Below, piece by piece: positions 56,481 through 64,000 of a DNA stretch of 64,000 nt; positions within the stretch are counted from its first letter, which is position 1, and every line of letters begins with the position of its first letter. The notes under the pieces are model-generated. The model ran no database searches. It was not told the origin of the DNA and was given only the letters and a program-made list of their open reading frames with translations. The translations under genes and the position numbers were made by a program. Origin of the DNA: Flavobacteriaceae bacterium (GTDB taxonomy: Bacteria; Bacteroidota; Bacteroidia; Flavobacteriales; Flavobacteriaceae); assembly GCA_002698745.1 (NCBI GenBank), contig PAAD01000042.1, positions 162 through 64,161 on the forward strand, given 5' to 3'.

Positions 56481-58010
56481 ATGACTGTTGAATCACAAAT
56501 ATTAATTAATATAAAAAATTTAGCAATAATATGTATGATTCTAAATGGGCTCTTTTCTATAGCTCAAAATACAAATCAAAAACAACCCAACATACTTTTA
56601 ATTATTACCGACGATCAAGATGCAGAAACACTTGGAGTTTATGGAGATACTTTTTGTGACACCCCAAATATAGACAAGCTTGCTACTGAAGGTCTCACTC
56701 TGACCTCTGCACACCATATGGGATCATTTCGAGCTGCGGTTTGCACTCCATCTCGGTGTATGCTGATGACCGGCAGAAATGTTTGGGAAACTCAGAATCT
56801 AAATGTGAGTTACCCACCCCTAGATTATATACATCAAATAAAGAAAAATTACGCACAAATAAGCTCAGAGGACCCGTCTTATTACAGCCTTCCAGCACTG
56901 TTTAAAAGAGCTGGATATTATACTTTTAGAACTTGTAAGCGCGGTAACAGTTACGAAGGTGCAAATTTACTTTTTGACGAACGCTATGATAAGACTAACA
57001 GAGAAGCTAATGATGAAAATGGCAGCCAATGGCATTCCAATAAAGTCATTGACTACTTAAACAGAAGAATTGATGAACCTACAGAACAACCCTTCTTTAT
57101 TTATTTGGGTTTCTCACATCCGCACGATCCAAGAAGAGGTAATGAAGCACTTCTTAAAAAATATGGTGCTGTTAATCCAGGCCCCCCAACAGTAGTCAAC
57201 CCAAAGACTCCAAAATTACCCATTAATTATTTGCCAGCCCATCCATTTGAGGAGGGTCATCCAGATTTAAGAGACGAGAATAGTGTTGAAGGGGTTATGA
57301 CAAAACGAGACGAAGCTACGGTTAGAAATGAAAGAGGTAAAGAGCTAGCAACAATTGAAGCTATTGATACTGAAATTGGTCGTGTGCTTCAAAAATTAAG
57401 AGCTACAGGAGAGTTGGATAATACCTATATTTTATTTATCTCTGATCACGGGATTGCAGTTGGAAAACACGGCTTGATGGGCAAACAAAATTTATATGAA
57501 CATAGTATAAAAATTCCATTTATTATTAAAGGGCCTAATATCGAAAGTAATATAAAAGTAAAGGGGAATATTTATTTATCAGATGTTTTGCCAACGCTTT
57601 GTGATTTGGCAGGAATTGAAATCCCAGAAACCGTTTATGGAAAGAGTTTTAAAACGGTGCTCGAAGGCAAAGATAAAACTATAAGAGATGTCATTTATGG
57701 TGTTTACTCTGGGGGAACTAAACCCGGTATAAGATCCATAAAAAAAGGAGACTGGAAACTTATTAAATACGATGTTATGAATGGTCAAGTTCGCAAAACT
57801 CAACTTTTCAATTTAAAAGATAATCCAAATGAGCTCTTAATTGAACATAGGCATCCTAAAATAATTTCACTTACGGGCAATATCCCAAAAATTAATCAAA
57901 TCAATTTAGCCGACCAAAAAAAATATGCTGTAAAGCGCAAAGAAATGGAAGAACTTTTGTTAGCAGAAATGAAAGCGATTGACGATCCGTTTAGACTTTG
58001 GGATCAATAA
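56481..58010 (+). CDS. Formylglycine-dependent sulfatase (S1 family)
   Basis: Signal peptide. 'LLIITDDQD' is followed by the FGly motif 'CTPSRCMLMTGR'. 'FISDHG' is also present. Confidence 0.9.
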   Translation: MTVESQILINIKNLAIICMILNGLFSIAQNTNQKQPNILLIITDDQDAETLGVYGDTFCDTPNIDKLATEGLTLTSAHHMGSFRAAVCTPSRCMLMTGRNVWETQNLNVSYPPLDYIHQIKKNYAQISSEDPSYYSLPALFKRAGYYTFRTCKRGNSYEGANLLFDERYDKTNREANDENGSQWHSNKVIDYLNRRIDEPTEQPFFIYLGFSHPHDPRRGNEALLKKYGAVNPGPPTVVNPKTPKLPINYLPAHPFEEGHPDLRDENSVEGVMTKRDEATVRNERGKELATIEAIDTEIGRVLQKLRATGELDNTYILFISDHGIAVGKHGLMGKQNLYEHSIKIPFIIKGPNIESNIKVKGNIYLSDVLPTLCDLAGIEIPETVYGKSFKTVLEGKDKTIRDVIYGVYSGGTKPGIRSIKKGDWKLIKYDVMNGQVRKTQLFNLKDNPNELLIEHRHPKIISLTGNIPKINQINLADQKKYAVKRKEMEELLLAEMKAIDDPFRLWDQ

Positions 58011-58023
58011 TAAATTTAAAAAA

Positions 58024-60087
58024 ATGAAAATTTTAAACCTCATAATTTATTTAATGATTTTTGTAAGTATTTTAAATGCACAAAATCCAAAAATATCATC
58101 CGAAGATTTTTCAACTCGTCAAGTCCATCTAGATTTTCATACTTCTGAACAACTTCAAAATATAGGCAGGAAATTTGATAAAAATTTATGGCAAAAAGCT
58201 TTAAAAAGTGCTCATGTCAACTCCATTAATATTTTTGCTAAAGGACATCACGGTTACTCATATTACCCAACTAAAGTAGGCACCCAACATCCCAACTTAG
58301 AGTTTGATCTGTTAAAAGCTCAGCTCGAAGCCTCTCATGAAATTGGTGTAAAAACCCCATTTTATTTTGCAATAGGCTGGTCTGTATTGGATGCGTTAAG
58401 CCACCCGGAATGGATAATTAAAAATAAAAGAGGTAAGTCAAAAAAAGGGGATTTGATTAAATCCTTAAAATATAATGATCCCTACCCAAATTTTACTTGG
58501 GAACTGTTAATGCCAGAAGGAGGTTATTTGGACATTATTTTAAAACAAACCGAGGAATTATGTAAAAATTATAAAGTTGATGGGTTCTGGTATGATATAA
58601 TTCCCAACAATGCTATCAACTATAATGATTACAGCAGGGCGGGTTTTAAAAGAGCTGGTATAGATATAGATAATGATTTGGAAGTTGAAAAGTATCATGT
58701 TCAAAAGCTTAAGTTTTTTATGGCTTCTTGCAATGCTATTATTAAGAAATATCATCCAGATGCCTCTATATTTTATAACTGGTCCACCCATATGAACAAT
58801 TCCAATACTTTTAAATATAAACTTTATGAATATAATACCAGTTTTGATTTAGAAGATTTACCCACTACTTGGGAGGGCTATAATGAATTTCCGTTGCGGG
58901 CTAAATATTTCAGCAATATGGGTAAACCTGTTACAGGGATGAGCGGAAAATTTCATACCGCATGGGGGGAGTTTGGAGGTTTTAAATACCCTAACGCTTT
59001 GAAATACGAAGCTGCATCCATGATTGCTTTTGGTGCCAATGTAAATTTTGGTGATCAATTACACCCCTCAGGAATTATTGATATGGAAACTTATAAAAAT
59101 ATAGGTTCTGCATTTTCGTATGTTAAAAGTATTGAAAGATATGGACCAGGTGGAAAACAAGTTGCCAAAACGGGATTATGGATGACCTTTGACAACCATA
59201 CAGAACAAGCTACAAGTCTATTATTATTAGACACTCAAACAAATTTTGTGGTGGTAAACAACTTAAGAGATTGGTCCCATTTAGAAGTCATAGTAATTCC
59301 AAGCAAGCCAAATTTATCTGCTGAAAATGTTGAAACTTTAAATCAATTTATTTCTAATGGGGGTAAATTATTAATCCTTGGTGAAGGAGCTTTAAAAACA
59401 GATAAGTCAGGTTTTGCAATTGATGTTGGCGGTACTTATCTTGGCAAGGCTAGTTATGATGTAGATTATACAGTAGTTTCGGAAGTTTTGTCAAAAAACC
59501 TGGTGCGATCTCCTTTTTTGAATTACATTCCAGCTTTTAAAATCAAACCCAATTCTGAAGTGGATCTCCTTGCTAGCATTCGAGAACCATATTTTAGCCG
59601 AACAAAAGGGCATTATACATCTCATCAAAATACCCCTTATAATCTACAGACAGCCATGCACCCCGCAATTTACAGATATGGTAATATAATGGTAGTAGCC
59701 CATGCATTAGATAAAATGTACTTAAAGTATGGGGCTCAAATTCACAGGGAGTTATTTAAAAATGCATTGGATGCTTTATTGAAAGCCCCTATGTTGAGGG
59801 TTAATTTACCGAGTTCAGGCCGTATCAATCTACTGCATTTTCCTGAAAAAAAACGCTATGTTGCTCACCTGCTTTATGCCGTACCAATACAGCGTGGAGT
59901 AGCTCAGGTCATTGATGACTTAACGCCTATCTATGATACTAATGTTGTAATTAACCTTGAGGAAAACATTAAAAAGGTGTTTTTGATGCCGGAAAACATT
60001 GAACTTAAAATAAAGAAAATAAATAATCAGATAAGGGTAGTTGTTCCAGAATTCACTTGTCACACAGCTTTGGTATTGGAATATTAA
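58024..60087 (+). CDS. Putative glycoside hydrolase, GHL6/GH42-like TIM barrel + trimerisation-like domain
   Basis: The best start is the ATG at 58024, giving signal peptide 'MKILNLIIYLMIFVSILNAQ'. 'QVHLDFHTSE...INIFAKGHHGYSYYPT' resembles the 'hypothetical glycosyl hydrolase 6' family. The tracked TTG start at 57979 would overlap the sulfatase. Confidence 0.55.
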   Translation: MKILNLIIYLMIFVSILNAQNPKISSEDFSTRQVHLDFHTSEQLQNIGRKFDKNLWQKALKSAHVNSINIFAKGHHGYSYYPTKVGTQHPNLEFDLLKAQLEASHEIGVKTPFYFAIGWSVLDALSHPEWIIKNKRGKSKKGDLIKSLKYNDPYPNFTWELLMPEGGYLDIILKQTEELCKNYKVDGFWYDIIPNNAINYNDYSRAGFKRAGIDIDNDLEVEKYHVQKLKFFMASCNAIIKKYHPDASIFYNWSTHMNNSNTFKYKLYEYNTSFDLEDLPTTWEGYNEFPLRAKYFSNMGKPVTGMSGKFHTAWGEFGGFKYPNALKYEAASMIAFGANVNFGDQLHPSGIIDMETYKNIGSAFSYVKSIERYGPGGKQVAKTGLWMTFDNHTEQATSLLLLDTQTNFVVVNNLRDWSHLEVIVIPSKPNLSAENVETLNQFISNGGKLLILGEGALKTDKSGFAIDVGGTYLGKASYDVDYTVVSEVLSKNLVRSPFLNYIPAFKIKPNSEVDLLASIREPYFSRTKGHYTSHQNTPYNLQTAMHPAIYRYGNIMVVAHALDKMYLKYGAQIHRELFKNALDALLKAPMLRVNLPSSGRINLLHFPEKKRYVAHLLYAVPIQRGVAQVIDDLTPIYDTNVVINLEENIKKVFLMPENIELKIKKINNQIRVVVPEFTCHTALVLEY

Positions 60088-60101
60088 ATTTTTATAATTA
60101 A

Positions 60102-61898
60102 ATGAAAAGTTTATTTAAGTACTGTTTAATTTTATTTTTATGCTTACAATTATTAGCATGCAAAAATGGAGACGTTAGCAAAACTTTTCCCAACATCATT
60201 TTTGTGATGACAGATGATCAAGGATATGGAGATTTAGGCTGTAACGGTAACAGTGAAATTAAAACACCATATATTGATGCTTTTGCATCACAGTCATTAA
60301 ATTTTACAAACTATCATGTTGGAACTACTTGTTCACCCACCCGAGCCGGTTTAATGACTGCTAGGAATTGTTTAAGAAACGGAGTTTGGCATACAAATGC
60401 AGGTTGTTCCTTATTAAATCAAGACGAGGAAACCATTGCAGATGTGTTTTCATCTGCAGGCTATAAAACAGCAATGTTTGGGAAATGGCATTTAGGGGAT
60501 AATTATTCTTTTCTTCCTGAACAGCGCGGATTTCAAGAAACCTTTTATCATAAGGGTGGTGGTGTTGGTCAAACCCCGGATTACTGGGGTAATGATTATC
60601 TCGATGATACCTTTTTTAGAAATGGAATACCGGAAAAAACATTAGGCTATTGTACAGATGTTTTTTTTGATGAAGCACTTTTGTTTATTGAAAAACACAA
60701 GGAAACCCCCTTTTTCTGTTATTTGAGTCTCAATGCGCCACATAGCCCATTTAATGTTCCTGAAAAATATTATGAAATTTATAGATATAATGATAATTTA
60801 TTAGAATCTCAAAAACGATTTTATGGAATGATTTCAAACATTGATGATAATTTTGGTAGGTTACTAAATCATTTAGAAAGTTTGGGACTTACAGAAAATA
60901 CCATTGTCATTTTTACAACGGATAATGGAACATCAAATGGCTATAGATATGATAAAAAAGAAAAAAAATGGTATGGTTATAATGCCGGTATGAGAGGCAC
61001 TAAAACAAGCGAGTATGATGGCGGTCATCGTGTTCCCATGATAATGCAGTGGAAAAGCAAGGGTTTAAGTAGCGGGAAATTATATAATGGTCTTTCGGCT
61101 CATGTTGATGTGTTACCGACTCTTTCGAAACTTGCAAACATTGCATATAATCCCAAACAATCAATTGATGGGATAGATTTAAGTGCATATATTCAAAATG
61201 ACACTGAAGTAGATCGAATGTTAGTTACGGACACTCAAAGAAACCTATGGCCAAAAAAGGGAAAAAAAAGTTGTGTTATGTATGGAAATTGGCGATTAGT
61301 AAATGGTGATGAATTATACAACATGTCTAATGATCCAGGCCAAAAACTAAATATTATCAAAGATTACCCAAAGATTGCCAAAAGTATGGCTCATTTTTAT
61401 GATATTTGGTGGGAAGAGGCATCTAAAGAATTTCGTTATTCATACATAGATATTTTCCCAAATACAACTAATGTTTTAACAGCCCACGATGTGTATGTAA
61501 ATTCAATAACCGCATGGCATCAAAAAGATATTAGATCTGGTAATGCTTATGAATTGGGTAATTTTCATATAGATGTTAAGAAAGCAGGCAATTACGAGCT
61601 TATTTTGAGAAGGTGGCCAAATGAAATTGATTTACCTCTAAATGCTAGTCTAAACAATTATACACCACCTAGCTTATATTGGGATGAAGTTAAAAATGGT
61701 GTTTCAATGAATATAATCTCAGCAAATATTTTAATTAATGATAATAAACCAATTACATCAGTTGAAAAAGTTAAAAATGGAATTTATTTTAATGTGAAAT
61801 TGAAAACTGGAAAACAAACCATATCGCCAAGTTTTAAACTAAAAAATGGTGATCAAACATTAGTCTATTACACTGAAATCCGTTATTTGGGAGGCTAA
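60102..61898 (+). CDS. Formylglycine-dependent sulfatase (S1 family) with C-terminal beta-sandwich extension
   Basis: Lipobox-like 'LQLLACKNG'. 'IIFVMTDDQGYGDLG' and the FGly motif 'CSPTRAGLMTARN' are present, along with 'GKWHLG' and 'TTDNG'. Confidence 0.9.
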   Translation: MKSLFKYCLILFLCLQLLACKNGDVSKTFPNIIFVMTDDQGYGDLGCNGNSEIKTPYIDAFASQSLNFTNYHVGTTCSPTRAGLMTARNCLRNGVWHTNAGCSLLNQDEETIADVFSSAGYKTAMFGKWHLGDNYSFLPEQRGFQETFYHKGGGVGQTPDYWGNDYLDDTFFRNGIPEKTLGYCTDVFFDEALLFIEKHKETPFFCYLSLNAPHSPFNVPEKYYEIYRYNDNLLESQKRFYGMISNIDDNFGRLLNHLESLGLTENTIVIFTTDNGTSNGYRYDKKEKKWYGYNAGMRGTKTSEYDGGHRVPMIMQWKSKGLSSGKLYNGLSAHVDVLPTLSKLANIAYNPKQSIDGIDLSAYIQNDTEVDRMLVTDTQRNLWPKKGKKSCVMYGNWRLVNGDELYNMSNDPGQKLNIIKDYPKIAKSMAHFYDIWWEEASKEFRYSYIDIFPNTTNVLTAHDVYVNSITAWHQKDIRSGNAYELGNFHIDVKKAGNYELILRRWPNEIDLPLNASLNNYTPPSLYWDEVKNGVSMNIISANILINDNKPITSVEKVKNGIYFNVKLKTGKQTISPSFKLKNGDQTLVYYTEIRYLGG

Positions 61899-62020
61899 AT
61901 CATTAGTTCTTACTCGGACAATTTGATTTTATTTAAGGTAAAAAAGAGTCATCAGTTATTATTGTACAATAAATAATTATAATGAAAAATCAAAGGTTAG
62001 TATTTCTTCAGAATCTTTAA

Positions 62021-64000
62021 TTAATTTGATTCTTTTCTAGTGGAGTGCTTGTCAAACCAAGCATTAATGTAACCATGAGTTCTTAAAAAATTTGATGGTT
62101 TTCTACTTGTTCCATGATATTCTTCGTTAAACCTTATCATTACGGTTGGAACTTTATTCATTTTTAATGCTTGATAATATTCCTCTGTTTGAGATATTGG
62201 TGTCCTTAAATCTTCTTCTCCACACATTAGCATCGTTGGTGTTTTTACATTTCCAACATACATTAAGGGAGATCTCCTAATGTGTTCACTAGGATCTTCC
62301 CAAGGATATTTATTAAAATTATTATACCAAACTGAACCATCAGTCGTTCCGACAAAAGAAAACCAATTAGTAACAGGATAGTTTACAGAAGCAGAAGCAA
62401 ATCGATCTGTTTTTCCAACAATCCAACTCGTCAATACTCCACCTCCACTTCCACCATAGACGTACATTTTATTTACGTCAATATATCCCTTTGAAATAAC
62501 TTCATCAACTCCTGCCATGATATCGTCATAATCATTTCCTGGATATGCATTCTGGATTGCATTGGCAAAGTCATATCCATAGCCTGTTGACCCTCTAGGA
62601 TTTGTGTATAATACAACTTGATCCTGTGCTGCATGTAATTGAAAATTATAGTTGAATCCCACATTATACATGCTATGAGGTCCTCCGTGAATTCGAAGTA
62701 CTAATGGGTACTTTTTCTTTGAATTAAATTGTGGTGGTTTTACAATCCACCCTTGCACCTTTTTATTATCTACAGATTTATATGTTATTTCTTCTATTTG
62801 TCCAAATTCTACATTGTAAAAGATATCTTTATTTACTTCAGTAAGGCGTTTTATATTATTTGTTTTTTCAACAGAAAAGCTAACAATATCATTTGGGTTT
62901 GATGGATTACTCCAACTTGCTACAGCATTACTTCCAACTAAATCGGTCATAGTTAGCATGTGGTCCCCTTTGGTAACTTTTTTTACTTTCCCCATTAAAT
63001 CCGCACTATATATGTTGCTTTGACCATATTCTCTAACATTAAAATAAACTTTAGAACTATTATTTGCCCAAATAGCCGAACTTGGTATTTGATCTAAATC
63101 ATTGGTCACGCACTTTAAATTTGAACCATCGATATCCATAATATACATTTTACGATCATTATAGAAGTTTTTTGACCAAGTCGATCCTACAAACGCAATT
63201 TTAGATCCATCAGGTGAAACATTAGGGGATGATTCTGTTCCCTTACGAGTGGTAAGCTCTTTTAGCTCAAGGGTATTAATATTTACTGCATAGAGATTAG
63301 AATGTCCAAGTGCATATTCAGCTTCTGGCCTTTGATAGCTACTAAAAATTATTGTTTTGCTATCCTTAGACCATGCAATTCCACCCGATATGTCATCATA
63401 TTCTCCAAATGTGATTTGTCTCGCAGTTCCCCCCTCAGAAGAAACAATAAAGAGCTGACGAAAACCTCGTTCAAGAAAACCAACTCTATCTTGGCTATAA
63501 TCAACCTGATCGATAACTATGGGTGCTTTAGTCCAAGTTGCCCCTTTAGGTTGAGCAGGAAGACCTTTAGTTTTTAGGGCAGGTTCTGAAGCTACGTGCA
63601 TTATAAATGCAATATACTCGCCATTTGGAGACCATTCCATACTTGAAGGAGTCTTTTCTACTTTTGTGATCTGCGTAGGTTCTCCTTCAACACCAAAATG
63701 CTTCACAAAAATCTGTGTTCCATTTGGCTTGCCTTTTTTGGTGAATGCAATTTTATTTCCAACAGGTGACCATTTACCATTAGATCCATTAAAGAAAAAT
63801 CGATTATTTGAACCATCTATATTCATTATCCATAAATCCGTCTCACGTTTGTCGTCAACAAGGTTAATCCAAGTTCTAGAGTAAAGGATTTGTTCTCCAT
63901 CATTAGAGAGTTTGGGATTTGAGGTCCATTCATAATCTTTGTAATGTTCCAGTGAAAGTCTTGTCTGTTCTTGCCCATGGGCATAGATCACACACAAAAT
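62021..64000 (-). CDS. S9 family serine peptidase (TolB-like beta-propeller + prolyl-oligopeptidase/acylaminoacyl-peptidase domain), N-terminus outside window
   Basis: WD40/TolB-like repeats ('SPDGSKIAF', 'WSPVGNKIAF') are present. The catalytic block is 'YVYGGSGGGVLTSW', with 'GEEDLRTP' and 'EEYHGTS'. The reading frame stays open to the window edge. Confidence 0.85.
   Translation of the reverse strand: MLCVIYAHGQEQTRLSLEHYKDYEWTSNPKLSNDGEQILYSRTWINLVDDKRETDLWIMNIDGSNNRFFFNGSNGKWSPVGNKIAFTKKGKPNGTQIFVKHFGVEGEPTQITKVEKTPSSMEWSPNGEYIAFIMHVASEPALKTKGLPAQPKGATWTKAPIVIDQVDYSQDRVGFLERGFRQLFIVSSEGGTARQITFGEYDDISGGIAWSKDSKTIIFSSYQRPEAEYALGHSNLYAVNINTLELKELTTRKGTESSPNVSPDGSKIAFVGSTWSKNFYNDRKMYIMDIDGSNLKCVTNDLDQIPSSAIWANNSSKVYFNVREYGQSNIYSADLMGKVKKVTKGDHMLTMTDLVGSNAVASWSNPSNPNDIVSFSVEKTNNIKRLTEVNKDIFYNVEFGQIEEITYKSVDNKKVQGWIVKPPQFNSKKKYPLVLRIHGGPHSMYNVGFNYNFQLHAAQDQVVLYTNPRGSTGYGYDFANAIQNAYPGNDYDDIMAGVDEVISKGYIDVNKMYVYGGSGGGVLTSWIVGKTDRFASASVNYPVTNWFSFVGTTDGSVWYNNFNKYPWEDPSEHIRRSPLMYVGNVKTPTMLMCGEEDLRTPISQTEEYYQALKMNKVPTVMIRFNEEYHGTSRKPSNFLRTHGYINAWFDKHSTRKESN

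Noticed and set aside
57979-58023. The TTG-initiated 15-codon N-terminal extension of the GHL6-like ORF, overlapping the sulfatase gene end.
   Set aside because: The ATG at 58024 yields a textbook signal peptide (MKILNLIIYLMIFVSILNAQ) and removes the 32-nt overlap. The extension has no signal-peptide character.
61959-61972. A perfect 14-bp palindrome, TTATTGTACAATAA, in the convergent gap between the sulfatase and the S9 peptidase. I considered it as a possible bidirectional terminator or operator.
   Set aside because: It has a single G:C pair and no loop or U-tract, so it is not a credible intrinsic terminator. Palindromes of this size are expected by chance in ~30% GC intergenic DNA.
153-63884. 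About 45 short ORFs (60-107 aa) in the six-frame track that lie inside or antisense to large genes. Examples: 153-362, 1155-1373, 3865-4104, 7085-7318, 17740-18045, 18612-18866, 31646-31945, 38425-38682, 40110-40400, 42317-42586, 52715-53038, 63302-63577.
   Set aside because: Each is fully nested in a much longer ORF with clear family motifs. Their translations are low-complexity or Cys/His/Arg-rich, as expected for out-of-frame reads of AT-rich coding DNA. None has its own intergenic space or recognisable motifs.
1-64000. CRISPR arrays, rRNA or tRNA genes, IS elements or transposases, integrases, toxin-antitoxin modules and restriction or other defence genes.
   Set aside because: No regularly spaced direct repeats, no GC-rich structured RNA islands, and no ORFs with DDE, tyrosine- or serine-recombinase, nuclease or ATPase defence-type motifs were seen on either strand.

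Overview
AT-rich chromosomal segment with the hallmarks of a Flavobacteriia-type Bacteroidota genome: SusC/SusD pairs, several T9SS C-terminal sorting domains, lipoproteins with acidic residues after the lipobox Cys, and TAnnTTTG-like -7 boxes. It is almost entirely a carbohydrate-utilisation island.

Layout:
(i) 250-5580: sugar importers (MFS GluP/FucP-type; DUF4212 + Na+/solute symporter) and a lipoprotein GH3 that carries an inserted EF-hand pair.
(ii) 5890-23329, + strand: a predicted beta-glucan PUL with SusC/SusD, a DUF4959/DUF5000-type binding lipoprotein, and a multi-CBM-like protein, GH5-CBM6, GH3-CBM6x2 and a CotH-LTD protein that all end in T9SS sorting domains.
(iii) 23546-39191, - strand: a predicted alpha-mannoside PUL with SusC/SusD, two discoidin-type binding lipoproteins, three GH92 and an alpha/beta-hydrolase esterase.
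(iv) 39351-47047: the most unusual part. It holds a small T9SS protein and two paralogous Sec-secreted fibre proteins (YadA-head-like repeats + phage-type S74 intramolecular-chaperone C-terminus). The second fibre is fused to a C-type-lectin-like module and a SASA/SGNH O-acetylesterase, and its gene overlaps a GH3 gene.
(v) 47044-54025: a convergent GH3, then small housekeeping genes (MerC-like, CIA30, a membrane protein) and DPP-IV.
(vi) 54362-61898: a GH120-like beta-helix hydrolase, two formylglycine-type sulfatases and a GHL6/GH42-like protein.
(vii) 62021-64000: a partial S9 peptidase.

I could not recognise any rRNA, tRNA, CRISPR array, transposase, integrase or transcriptional regulator. 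All family assignments come from motif recognition by eye and need HMM or BLAST confirmation.
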